Origin: Strigamia acuminata
Lineage: Eukaryota
NCBI GenBank assembly: GCA_949358305.1
Contig: OX442314.1
Location: 6,696,001 to 6,760,000 of the forward strand
Length of the DNA: 64,000 bases
Reading direction: 5' to 3'
Both the position numbers and the translations under genes were made by a program. This document shows positions 23,628 to 34,591 of the stretch, piece after piece. Every line of letters starts with the position of its first letter. Within the stretch, counting starts at the first letter, position 1. Under the pieces are notes generated by a model, which made no database searches, was not told the origin of the DNA, and saw only the letters and a list, made by a program, of their open reading frames with translations.

Positions 23628-26600
23628 GTGGAAAAACAGATCAAGGAGATGAAGAAAATACTGAAGTTCTATGAGGAAGCCGCCACACCATTTGACAAAC
23701 GGGAAATCGAAATTAGAGACGAAGATAGCATAGCCAAAGCTTTCATGACTTTACCGCTTGATCAAGGGGCCAAACCCCTTAAAAGGCGACTACTCCGCTG
23801 CAACCTGTCCACCGAGGCAAAAAGCACATTAGCCAAAATGCCTATCTCTTTCGGCAAAAAAGTGTTAATGGGACTACTCGATTCAGGAGCGGACCATTCG
23901 TTCATCTCCACTGACTTGTTCGAGTCACTCGACAAGAAGATAAAGAAAAAATTGAGGGGAATGAACGAGAACATCCGGGTCCTTACAGCAGCAGGCGAAG
24001 TCCGAGCGGTGGGAACCCTGTCAACCGATTTCGTGTGGGAGGGAGGTACGATTAAGCACTACTTTATCGTGCTACCGACCCGCGATACGATCCTATTAAT
24101 AGGCATGGATTTAATGGAACGAATGAACATCCAGCCCAACCCGGTCACGCGTTCGTGGAACTACATCGATAATCACGAAGACCCAAGATTACCCATAATA
24201 CCTGCTGAGTTCCTAGAAAAATCTAAGAACGACGAGGAATGGGAAGGAGGCGAGATTAAAAAGTTCATTCAAGACTATAATTTCAAATTATTTAATACTA
24301 TCCTCCAAGAACAAAACTTAATACATAATCTGGCGGTCGATGCTAATCTGGGAGAGGAACGTACTAAACTCCTCGAGGAAATGCTTAAAAAACATTCTAA
24401 AAATCTGAACAAAGAGCCGGGGAAGACAAGTTACGTCATGCACGAAATCGAGCTAGTCACGGGCAAACCTGTACGAGTACCTTTCAAGACCATGAATCCT
24501 CAGAAGAGACATATCGTAAGGACAATGTGTCAGGAATTGCTCGAAAAGGGAATCGTTTCTAACGCAGTCGGAGAGTACGGAATGAGGATTGTCCTCGTTA
24601 TGCGACCAGGCTCCGAACCACGCCTCTGCATAGATTACCGACCTTTAAACGCCATAACTGTCATCGACCCCATTCAAATGCCATCAATAGAAGCGATTCT
24701 GCGAGAACTCGCCCCATTCAACTGGGTCACGACCATGGATCTATCCAAGGGTTACTGGCAGGTTGAATTGCGGGAGGAAGACAAGGAAAAAACAGCTTTT
24801 TGGGCACCCCAGGGCCGCCTCATGTTCAACGTGATGCCCTTTGGGTTAGTAAATGCCCCAGCCACCTTCCAAAGGCTAATTGAGAAAGTTCTCGGCGAAG
24901 CGCTGCATAAATACGCATGGGCCTACCTCGACGACATCGTAATCGTCTCTCAGACCTTCGAGGATCACTTGGTCTACGTGAACGACGTAATAGAACGACT
25001 CACAAAAGCCGGACTAAATATCCATCCGGGAAAAAGTAAATTTTGTCGCAAAGAACTGGCATTCCTGGGTTACACTGTTGGAGTAGATGGCCTGTCCATC
25101 GACCCAAAAAAGACTCAAGCGATCAGCCAATTCCCAGCCCCAGAGGACATAAAAGGGGTCCAGCGTTTTATGGGCATGGTAAACTTCTTCAATCGGATGC
25201 TCCCAAATCTAGCAGACGTGGCAGCACCCATTACCGATCTATTACGCAACGACAAAGATTTCGAGTGGACTAGCCACTGCGAAACCTCTTTTAACAAAAT
25301 AAAACAAATGTTAATCGATGCAAAAAGAATTCCATTACCCGACCTCAATCGAGAGTTTACACTTCACACCGACGCCAGTCGAATCGATCTCGGTGCCGCG
25401 TTACTTCAAAAGCACACCATCGATGGAGTGGAACACGAGGTCCCAACAATGTTCATCAGTCGTAAACTACAAGCAGCGGAAAGAAATTACAACGCTACGG
25501 AGCTAGAGTGTCTAGCAGTAGTTTGGGCAGTCCGAAAGTTCCGGCCGTACCTGGAATTTACCAAGTTTAACGTGCAAACGGACCACGAGGCCCTAAATTG
25601 GCTGATGGGATTAAAAGAACCCTCCGGAAGAATGGCTCGCTGGCAGCTAGAACTGATGTCCTGCGATTTAATCATAGAATATCGGCCAGGCAAGTTCAAC
25701 GTAGTAGCCGACGCACTCTCACGTGCGCCAGCCTCTGAACCCGAAGACGAAACTGACTGCGGAGAGGACGATTCCCGCCTTTTCTACTGCCCAAACCCCA
25801 TTCGGAAATGGGAATTTAAAAAGCTGAACGAGTTACCCAAGAAGAAACTCGAGTCGGGAGACCAAAATTATTACAATTACTGGCTTCGAGCGTACCAGTC
25901 AGTCAAAGACGCTCACCCCCACCACGAATTAACGATCGAACCTCGAATTTCGGATAAATATGTTCGAGCATTCGTCGCTCACGTAACTAAGGGAACGACT
26001 AGCAAGCCGCCCACTAGGGACGAATTAATAGCCGCCCAGGTGAAGGACGATTTCTGTAAAATTTATCGAGAATTCATCTTAAATAAAAAATTCCCCGACG
26101 AGACGTTCGACGAAATTCAACGCGAGGAATTCGAGAGAGCGGCCTCCTCATACTTAATCGAGGATGGACTTCTATTAAAACACCACCCGAATTTTCGCGA
26201 TGACCTGACGGAAACAGGAACTTCGATGAAGGTCGTTATCCCCAGGAGTCTGCTGACCAAGTTTTTGTGGATGGTCCACGGACACCCGCTCGCCGGACAT
26301 TCTGGAGTGGCCAGAACGATCTACAGAGCAAACCAACTTTATTTTTGGCCAAAAATGACCAGGGATATCGTTCGTTTCATACATCATTGTTCCAGATGCC
26401 AAACATGTAAACCCAGGACGCAGAAGAATTACGAGAAAATCTCACTCGGCCCCTTCGCCCCCTTTGATTGCTGGAGCGTAGATCTAATGGGCCCGAAACC
26501 AACGTCCTCAAATAAAAACAAATACATCTTGGTAATTATGGACGTCGCGACTGGTTGGCCGGAACTCTTCCCGATGGAAAGGCCAACGAAACAGAAAATT

Positions 26601-27608
26601 ATTCGATGCCTCTACGAAGTCGCACTGCATTTCGGATTCCCTCGGAAACTAATCTCCAATAATGGGCCACAATTCACGTCAAATTTATATAAGGACTTCT
26701 GCAAAAAGTTCGACATCGAGCCATCGTACACATCGACCTATAACCCACGGGCCAATCCCGTGGAAAGGCTGAATCGCGACATAAAATACGCCTTGGCGAT
26801 TTTTACTGACGTTCACTCCAGCTGGGACGAATATCTTCGTGAAATCGCCTTCAGCATTCGTACAACGATCTCGAGGAATCGCAAATTCTCTCCAGCGTTT
26901 CTAAACTTCGCTCGGGAACTCAGAGTACCCTGGGACCCGCGAATACCAGAAGGAATACTGGAAGTCGATCCAGAAAAACCACATCTTTACGTCGATAAAT
27001 TGGAACAAGTAATTACGGCCACGTATCAGCACATGATGTCGCACATCTTCGACATGAGAGATTGCATTAACGCTGCTGGAAAGGATCGGCCCTTCTGCAA
27101 CTTTAAAGTCAATGACCTCGTCTGGAAAGACACACATATTCAGTCCAGCGCTGATAAGGGAATCCACGCGGGCTTAGCTGATAAACGAGACGGCCCTTAC
27201 GTCATCATTGAGGCGCACGGCGGAAACGCATTTAAACTGAAAAGATTGGCGGACAACGTTAATTTCAGATCCATCAACGCTCGGGAATTAACTCCATACT
27301 TACCCGAGTTCCCTCAAGAAGCTTGGACAGAAAATCAAACGAAACCAGCTCAATCTCCGATTGTTCGCGATATGTTTCTAGATGAACAAACTGAACAGAT
27401 CAGTTTAATTCAAGACGAGTTACACGAGTCAGCCGACGCCCCAGATGATCTTTCGGAGAGGGAGGAAATAGTCGATATATCTCCTAAAAAAGGAAAACAA
27501 TCAAACAAAAATAAGGCTACAGGAATCCCCAAACCTGATAAAGTCTACGGTATGCGCCGGCACAAACCAAATCCGTTCATCAAGGATGGAAAAATAGTCG
27601 GAAAATAG
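23628..27608 (+). CDS. pol: Gypsy Pol (protease, RT, RNase H, integrase); probably entered by frameshift at ~23553
   Basis: LLDSGAD, MDLSKGYWQ, MPFGL, YLDD, TDAS, ELECLA, HHCC finger, VDLMGP...ISNNG...VERLNR. Confidence 0.97.
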   Translation: MEKQIKEMKKILKFYEEAATPFDKREIEIRDEDSIAKAFMTLPLDQGAKPLKRRLLRCNLSTEAKSTLAKMPISFGKKVLMGLLDSGADHSFISTDLFESLDKKIKKKLRGMNENIRVLTAAGEVRAVGTLSTDFVWEGGTIKHYFIVLPTRDTILLIGMDLMERMNIQPNPVTRSWNYIDNHEDPRLPIIPAEFLEKSKNDEEWEGGEIKKFIQDYNFKLFNTILQEQNLIHNLAVDANLGEERTKLLEEMLKKHSKNLNKEPGKTSYVMHEIELVTGKPVRVPFKTMNPQKRHIVRTMCQELLEKGIVSNAVGEYGMRIVLVMRPGSEPRLCIDYRPLNAITVIDPIQMPSIEAILRELAPFNWVTTMDLSKGYWQVELREEDKEKTAFWAPQGRLMFNVMPFGLVNAPATFQRLIEKVLGEALHKYAWAYLDDIVIVSQTFEDHLVYVNDVIERLTKAGLNIHPGKSKFCRKELAFLGYTVGVDGLSIDPKKTQAISQFPAPEDIKGVQRFMGMVNFFNRMLPNLADVAAPITDLLRNDKDFEWTSHCETSFNKIKQMLIDAKRIPLPDLNREFTLHTDASRIDLGAALLQKHTIDGVEHEVPTMFISRKLQAAERNYNATELECLAVVWAVRKFRPYLEFTKFNVQTDHEALNWLMGLKEPSGRMARWQLELMSCDLIIEYRPGKFNVVADALSRAPASEPEDETDCGEDDSRLFYCPNPIRKWEFKKLNELPKKKLESGDQNYYNYWLRAYQSVKDAHPHHELTIEPRISDKYVRAFVAHVTKGTTSKPPTRDELIAAQVKDDFCKIYREFILNKKFPDETFDEIQREEFERAASSYLIEDGLLLKHHPNFRDDLTETGTSMKVVIPRSLLTKFLWMVHGHPLAGHSGVARTIYRANQLYFWPKMTRDIVRFIHHCSRCQTCKPRTQKNYEKISLGPFAPFDCWSVDLMGPKPTSSNKNKYILVIMDVATGWPELFPMERPTKQKIIRCLYEVALHFGFPRKLISNNGPQFTSNLYKDFCKKFDIEPSYTSTYNPRANPVERLNRDIKYALAIFTDVHSSWDEYLREIAFSIRTTISRNRKFSPAFLNFARELRVPWDPRIPEGILEVDPEKPHLYVDKLEQVITATYQHMMSHIFDMRDCINAAGKDRPFCNFKVNDLVWKDTHIQSSADKGIHAGLADKRDGPYVIIEAHGGNAFKLKRLADNVNFRSINARELTPYLPEFPQEAWTENQTKPAQSPIVRDMFLDEQTEQISLIQDELHESADAPDDLSEREEIVDISPKKGKQSNKNKATGIPKPDKVYGMRRHKPNPFIKDGKIVGK

Positions 27609-27824
27609 CGAAGAAAAAACATCAAGTAAAACTCCGGCCATTGTCTCAAATGAGAAAAACAACCACAGGGGGGACACCTGTTACGTCCCACAATGCGTCC
27701 TAATTGGCCAAACCAATCAAAGACGACATGAGACTAATAGTTAACCTCTAACCCGACCCACAATTATCACTGTCATCTCCAGCGAAGGCGACGAAGAGAT
27801 CGCTCCACATCGCTCCAAAAAATC

Positions 27825-27971
27825 ATGAAAAGAAATGATTGGAAGAAGGAAATCGAAAAAGCGCTGGATAACGTCTCCGAAGACGACGATGAAAATCAAG
27901 TCGAATTGTTACAGATCGTGTTAAACGAAGACGATGGAAATTGGGATGATCCCAATGACCACCAACCCGAC
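27825..27971 (+). CDS. G1 third gene, exon 1 (49 acidic residues)
   Basis: ATG at 27825, ends at a phase-0 donor GAC|GTAAGT. Conserved in G2 at 55394-55540. Confidence 0.7.
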
Positions 27972-28238
27972 GTAAGTAAAAAATACATGAAATTCAATTT
28001 TCGGTAATTAAAAGTACGAGATAAGTTCGTGGACTGACCACGAACGACGAAATAACTCAACTTTAAGTGACAAATTGTCAATCCAAACAAACGCCGAAAG
28101 AAAAATTAACTTCGCAACACGTGCCCGAAAAGCACATGGCCGACCAAGACGCCATCTTGTGTCAAAAGAAGACAACTCTTCAAAATCTAACAAACTGGCC
28201 AACTTTTCTAATATATCCATTTTATTTCTAATATTCAG

Positions 28239-30908
28239 GATGGATATCGAACCACGTGGGGACAGATCGACCCGAAACGAGTCTCAGCAGGAAGTTTATG
28301 GCGCGAAGTCATCCACATATTGTTCCGCCAAGCATTGGAAGAATTGGTCAACTTTGATCCATGGAAAATCCGCTTGTTACTGTCCCGTGCGATCAGCCGC
28401 TATTGGTCTAGCCAACAAACGCTGATCCACTATATGCCGCGACAATACCACGAAGCGTTACGGGCGGTCATTTCAAGGAACATGGACCCGCCGGCGCCAA
28501 TCCCAAATCCATTGATCCGAGCCGCCTTTCCGGACGACGAAAGGGGATGGGAAGTCTACGAACAGTGGCGCGACGCCGAAACGGACGAGGAAAAACACGA
28601 AATCCACATGGCGTATTATGAAGAAGTGAGAATGAACGCTCACGATGAAGTTTTCAAGTATCTGCAGCCCGACGGTTATTCAACGGAAGAGATCAAGATT
28701 TGGCTGCAACAAATCCAGGGCAACCGACCCGATCGCCCGGATTGGAGACCGCGACACGGTTTCATCCGCTCACAACGGGCAATGCACCAACTATATTATC
28801 TCGGTTTCTTCGGCCGCAAACGACAAAAGGCCGAAAAACGCCTCTCTAACGAGCACGACGAAGGCGGTTGCTCAGCAAAAAAGCCGTGCCTGGACAAACC
28901 AAGCACTTCCGGCAGTTCAACCAAAAAGAAACCCGCGACAAAGAAACGCCTGGCCAAACCAAGCGTCTTCACTCGCCTCGAAAGAGGAAGAAGCCCACAC
29001 GCCTCACAACCTCGTTCCCAAGATGTCCCGTCGACTGGCCGAAGAAGAAGATATTCTCCCGAGCGCTCAAACCACCGAGACGACCGACGGAGGAGCGATA
29101 AAAGTCAAGAATCGTGGGACGAATATCGCAGAGATTACTTCCAAAGAAGGGAAGAGAAAAAAGAAACTTGGAAGCGATATAGAGAAGACTACATACGCGA
29201 GCGCGAAGAAAAAGCCAGACGCGCGAAGGAAGACGTCCGTAGACAGGACGAGAGGAGAAGAAAAATGTCCAAATCCCGCGCACGAGCATGGAAGACTCAT
29301 CGCGAAGAAGAACTGCGACAACGAGTCGAAAGGCGTTACGAAAATGTCAAAACAATTCGGGACAAACCCGAACCGATGAAGATCGACGATGACGTAATCC
29401 TCGACGAAGTCCCCGACCAAAAGAAGATTTATACACAGGCGGATCTCGTCGCAAAAATTCTAGAATATCAGAATGCGCAACCGAAGCCAGTATACCGCCG
29501 GACGCTATCTACTGTCTCAAGCCTGGAGACGACGCCGAGCGCCTTCATCAAGCCCGAATTACCAGCGGCGGGGAGTGAAACATCAAACGCCAGTCTCCCA
29601 GGCGCCTTTCGAAGGAAAGTAATAATAGGTGCGCCCACACTGAGCTCAATCGAACAACTCGAGAAAAGAGAAGCTCGCTTTGGACCGGCCAAAGGCAAGC
29701 CCTCCCCAGAAGTTTCGACAGCCAGCACTTCCAGAACTCCGATTGTTTGGGACAAGCCCGAACCGGACAAACCACGACGCCTGATCACGACTACCGCCCA
29801 GCCGCCAGTCTCCGCAGGCTCCATCGTGACTCAAGCCTTAGCGCCAATCAACCCTTCTGAAGGGACGTTGCAGCAGTTTCTGGACACGACAACCGTGGAA
29901 CAGGCGAGATCCCTTCTGGTCGAGATGGATTCGTACCAACAAAACGTGATTCAAAACGTTATCACGAATCTCCAGAGGATTTCGATCGAATACACGCAAA
30001 ATAAGAGTCGGGACCATCCAAATTGGAATACTAGGATAGTCGTAGCGATCACAGATCTAATGTCCATACTCCTAGCCGCCGCCACCTTTCGAAACGCGCG
30101 CGTCGCCGTTGCGGCTTGGATTGTGGTGGCCCACGAAGGATTTCAGGTCCCGCCGGCCCTCGTAGAGAGCTGGACTCGCCTGGTACCCTCCGCAGCGGTC
30201 GTTCGGGCTCAGATGGTGGCCCAAGATCCAAACCCCGAAGCCTCATACCAAAACGTGCGGGCGGTCATTCGGAATCCACCTCCGTCGCCTCCAGCCGCTG
30301 ATACCGTCATGGAAGACCTGGACTCGACAGATTCGGTTCCACCTCCTCCTCCTCCGCCTACCGAGAAGAAGAAGGCTCCCGAGCAACTGGCCAAACCAGT
30401 CCAACTCGCGAAGAGGAAGACCAAATCGACGATGCTTCGCCCTCAGCCGCAAGATAAGGCTCCAGAGCCAACACCACCCCGGATCGCGCCGAGATTAACA
30501 TTGTACTATCCGGGCTTGTCTTTAACCGAAGACACCAAGCAAAAGTTGTTACAAACTCCGGATCGCGGCTTCTCCCTTTACGTGTGGATGAAAAAGGCTA
30601 TTGAAGCTGGGCCAGGAAACAACATGTTCATCCAGCACCAGCGACTACTCCGAGCCCATCGAGCGCCGACCAGCGTCGCCGAAGCGCAAAGGATCCATCA
30701 CACGAACCAGGGGATGGCCCCCTTTCTACCCCAAATTTGGGCGCATGAGAGAACGGGGAACCCTTTAGAGCCTCCCGGCCATCTACGATTCTACCTGAAT
30801 GAAAGCGAGGATCCGACAGATTACTCGTCCAGATTGACCACATCTTCTAACCTGGACAAACCAAGTTCGGAAGATAAAACGAGCTACGCCAATAATCTGA
30901 AGAAATAA
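28239..30908 (+). CDS. G1 third gene, exon 2 (889 aa, function unknown, not env-like)
   Basis: TTTTATTTCTAATATTCAG acceptor. The frame is open from 28239 and includes the 862-aa ORF in the track. Mostly synonymous divergence from G2 in the terminal regions. Confidence 0.85.
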   Translation, partial: DGYRTTWGQIDPKRVSAGSLWREVIHILFRQALEELVNFDPWKIRLLLSRAISRYWSSQQTLIHYMPRQYHEALRAVISRNMDPPAPIPNPLIRAAFPDDERGWEVYEQWRDAETDEEKHEIHMAYYEEVRMNAHDEVFKYLQPDGYSTEEIKIWLQQIQGNRPDRPDWRPRHGFIRSQRAMHQLYYLGFFGRKRQKAEKRLSNEHDEGGCSAKKPCLDKPSTSGSSTKKKPATKKRLAKPSVFTRLERGRSPHASQPRSQDVPSTGRRRRYSPERSNHRDDRRRSDKSQESWDEYRRDYFQRREEKKETWKRYREDYIREREEKARRAKEDVRRQDERRRKMSKSRARAWKTHREEELRQRVERRYENVKTIRDKPEPMKIDDDVILDEVPDQKKIYTQADLVAKILEYQNAQPKPVYRRTLSTVSSLETTPSAFIKPELPAAGSETSNASLPGAFRRKVIIGAPTLSSIEQLEKREARFGPAKGKPSPEVSTASTSRTPIVWDKPEPDKPRRLITTTAQPPVSAGSIVTQALAPINPSEGTLQQFLDTTTVEQARSLLVEMDSYQQNVIQNVITNLQRISIEYTQNKSRDHPNWNTRIVVAITDLMSILLAAATFRNARVAVAAWIVVAHEGFQVPPALVESWTRLVPSAAVVRAQMVAQDPNPEASYQNVRAVIRNPPPSPPAADTVMEDLDSTDSVPPPPPPPTEKKKAPEQLAKPVQLAKRKTKSTMLRPQPQDKAPEPTPPRIAPRLTLYYPGLSLTEDTKQKLLQTPDRGFSLYVWMKKAIEAGPGNNMFIQHQRLLRAHRAPTSVAEAQRIHHTNQGMAPFLPQIWAHERTGNPLEPPGHLRFYLNESEDPTDYSSRLTTSSNLDKPSSEDKTSYANNLKK

Positions 30909-31110
30909 GATGATTGCAGCTTCAATCAAAAAGGAATTTCGTTTCTAGTCATAAGTTAATCATGTCTATACGAATGAACCTCTTTTTTAAAGTGTATAAT
31001 AATTTTTTACTAATCACCTCATCCTCATTATAATAAAAGTATTTGTTTTCGTGATGATGTTTTTCAGTTTATTTTAGAGGGTCCCGATAGTTTATTCTCG
31101 GGGAGGGACG

Positions 31111-31740
31111 TGTGGTGATTCGGCATCACCTGAAGATATAATTAGGGGGTAATTATATTATTATTGATTCTTGACACTAGAGTGCGCCAAAAACGGTGAC
31201 TAGACTGACTAGTCCTTAGTTTCTGCGAACCTGCATAATCACGACGATTTGCATATGACGTCATTTCCGGTTGATATATAAGATCGAAGCTTGACCGGAA
31301 ACGACACTACAGTTACCACATTTCAGCAAGAGCACCATTTACCTCACCTTTCAGGCCGTTTCACGGATTGATCGAGGACCGGTGCCCGCTGACCATTCAA
31401 CTGTACAACAGCCACATTTATTTAGCGTAGCCAAACTACGCTAGAATAAATATCCAAGCGATATTCGTTTAATTCGCACGAGAAAGCGAATTCTCGCGTG
31501 TTCATTATAACACGTGGAAATAACCCTAGACAACAACACAGACCACGCGTAGGACTAAACAATAGGATCCGCCATTGTTTAGCGGCGACTCGTATTTGCA
31601 GAAGAATCCGAGGACCATCACTGGAATCATCTAAACCATTACTGTATTAGTAAGCGCGTTAATAAAGCAGTATTGCAACATATATCATATTCCCGAGTAC
31701 TATTATTTATTATCTTTAACCACAAAGTCGAATCACGACA
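31111..31740 (+). repeat. G1 3' LTR
   Basis: Follows the PPT and is followed by the AAGT TSD. Confidence 0.97.
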
Positions 31741-31744
31741 AAGT

Positions 31745-32920
31745 GTCCTCAGTATCCAACCTCTCACTCAGTGATTGGGTGGATTCTGGCAACCCTTACC
31801 CTCATTGGAGAAGCAGACATTCAATTGTATGGCAAGAGCATATATTCCTGTGCAACCGGAAATACCTCGCTCTTGTCATGATATTTGTTGAACACATACT
31901 TACTTGAGCCCGCATATATTTATACATGCATACTCCGCCTTCAACGGTGCTGCTTACCATGAACTGTGGTGAAATGCGGATTGTTGATCGTACGAGCATT
32001 AAGTACTCGCTAGGCTGGGTGACGCTGCGGGACTTGGTGATGGATGACGCTTACCATCAATGTCCTGTGAGGCAGACGGCGACTGTGTGATTGCGAGGAT
32101 ATTGGGCTGAGCGATGGATGATGTTTACCGTTCGGACCCGATAGGATTTAATATTTTATATTTTGCAGTTTAGATTCACCCAACTAAGTTGACTAAATCA
32201 CCAAAATGTATCATGATGTAAAACTAAGTTTTACTCACGATAAACACATCAGTTTACATGGAATCGGAAGTAAACATTTCAGCAGGCAAATGACAACCAA
32301 ATTTGCTTGCCTGTAATTCAGATGAGACACCATAATGATAAATAGATTACGTTATAAATTGATAACCAAAATTATGCGTAATCTTACATAACGATGATAC
32401 CAGGTATAAATATCGAAGAGATATTCACACGTGGCCAACTTGGTAAATGTCTTCGACAAAACATTTAAACCAACCGCCAACCCCAATTGTGACATTGTGG
32501 AATAAGTCAACCATACCTCTCGGATACCGCCCATTACACATCCATAGATTCGAACCAAGGACCAGTCAGACCGACATGGACGACATCTTTCCTCCATGCG
32601 AATAGATACGCAAAACTATCTATTTCGGAGTTCAAGGACGACCATCAAGCTGTTATTATTTTAGGGCTTCACGGCCATATGCGATGTATAGTTTAATTTA
32701 CCGTTTAAGTGGGCCATTTGCCGGCCATATTATTTATATAACGTAGTTATATCAAATAAATGTCATCTGATTTGAGAAACACACGCTTCCAATTATTTAC
32801 ACTTTTACATGATTCACTATTCACTAATTGTTAGACTTATTCTCGTGCGCTTTTTAATGTTTGACATAGCATTTCTCGACCAAGTATGTAAAATACTTGC
32901 GCCGAAAGTACACTGTCACA
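31745..32920 (+). repeat. Solo-LTR-like repeat, right part
   Basis: Colinear with ~18450-19662 (TACTTGAGCCC, AATAAA, ends in GTCACA). Confidence 0.6.
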
Positions 32921-33189
32921 CATTAAAAGGTGTTGCATTGTATTTTTAAAGGCTTTTATTTAACTTGACGTGACCGTTTGTTATTCATTTGTTTCAATGT
33001 CCGGCGTTTGTAGTGCCACCCGTACTCCATTGAAACAACAATGGATGCCAAATCGTCCAATTTGAGTCTAAAACTGCTTTTTTTCATACGAAAAAGGTTT
33101 CGATAAATTCTGAAACCACATTCAGTTTGTAGAGGATTTAACGCTCTGCTAGCCTGTACATTTTTTCTTTTAATATTATAAAGAAGAGT

Positions 33190-33761
33190 ACAGTAGAACG
33201 TCGATTATCGGAACATCGGTCATACAAACAACTGTTTTTTATATTTTTTATCGATTTCTTATCGAATTTTAATCGATTTGAACCGATTTCTTATTAAATT
33301 TTAATCGATTTTAACCGATTTCTTATTGAATTTTAATCGATTTTAACCGATTTCTTATTGAATTTTAATCGATTTTAACCGATTTCTTATTGAATTTTAA
33401 TCTATTTTAACCGATTTCTTATTGAATTTTAATCGATTTTAACCGATTTCTTATTGAATTTTAATCGATTTTAATCGATTTTAACCGTTTTATTATTGAA
33501 TTCTAATCGCTTTTAACCGATTACTAATCAAATTTTAATCAATTTTAACCGATTTTTTATTGATTTTTAAAGATTTTAACCGATTTCTTATTGATTTTTA
33601 ACGATATTAATCGATTTCTAACGATTTTAATCGATTTCTAACGTTTTTTAATCGATTACTAACTACTTTTAATCGATTTCTAACTACTTTTAATCGATTT
33701 TTAAGAGATTTTTCTTTAATGTACTGTAAAAATGTACATGTACATTTATGTACATGTACAT
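33190..33761. repeat. Left part of a Tc1-type MITE containing a ~30-bp minisatellite; cut by G2
   Basis: TA|CAGTAGAACGTCGATTATC end and TTTTAATCGATTTTAACCGATTTCTTATTG-like arrays at 33245-33705. No matching right end seen after 62048. Confidence 0.7.
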
Positions 33762-34390
33762 TGTCGTGATTCGACTTTGTGGTTAAAGATAATAAATAAT
33801 AGTACTCGGGAATATGATATATGTTGCAATACTGCTTTATTAACGCGCTTACTAATACAGTAATGGTTTAGATGATTCCAGTGATGGTCCTTGGATTCTT
33901 CTGCGAATACGAGTCGCCGCTAAACAATGGCGGATCCTATTGTTTAGTCTTACGCGTGGTCTGTGTTGTTGTCTAGGGTTATTTCCACGTGTTATAATGA
34001 ACACGCGAGAATTCGCTTTCTCGTGCGAATTAAACGAGTATCGCTTGGATATTTATTCTAGCGTAGTTTGGCTACGCTAAATAAATGTGGCTGTTGTACA
34101 GTTGAATGGTCAGCGGGCACCGGTCCTCGATCAATCCGTGAAACGGCCTGAAAGGTGAGGTAAATGGTGCTCTTGCTGAAATGTGGTAACTGTAGTGTCG
34201 TTTCCGGTCAAGCTTCGATCTTATATATCAACCGGAAATGACGTCATATGCAAATCGTCGTGATTATGCAGGTTCGCAGAAACTAAGGACTAGTCAGTCT
34301 AGTCACCGTTTCTGGCGCACTCTAGTGTCAAGAATCAATAATAATATAATTACCCCTAATTATATCTTCAGGTGATGCCGAATCACCACA
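33762..34390 (-). repeat. G2 3' LTR
   Basis: Reverse complement of the G1 LTR, with adjacent PPT. Confidence 0.97.
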
Positions 34391-34591
34391 CGTCCCTCCC
34401 CGAGAATAAACTATCGGGACCCTCTAAATAAACTGAAAAACATCATCACGAAAATAAATACTTTTATTACAATGAGGATGAGGTGATTAGTAAAAAATTA
34501 TTATACACTTTAAATAAGAGGTTCATTCGTATAGACATGATTAACTTATGACTAGAAACGAAATTCTTTTTTGATTGGAGTTGCAATCATC

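Larger units (their letters stand above)
19910..31740 (+). mobile_element. Ty3/Gypsy LTR retrotransposon G1, full-length (11.8 kb), three genes
   Basis: 630-bp TG...CA LTRs, AAGT TSD, tRNA-Pro-like PBS, gag, PR-RT-RH-IN pol, third gene, and PPT GGGGAGGGACG at 31100-31110. Confidence 0.97.

Noticed and set aside
28075..28425. 116-aa ORF overlapping the ORF3 intron
   Set aside because: Its 5' end is frameshifted between G1 and G2, and it is better explained as intron plus an alternative frame of exon 2.
28320..30908. ORF3 as a retroviral-type envelope gene
   Set aside because: No signal peptide, Cys-rich ectodomain or C-terminal TM anchor. Composition is basic and disordered.
33245..33705. 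Second CRISPR-like array
   Set aside because: Degenerate tandem repeat with no spacers, inside a MITE.
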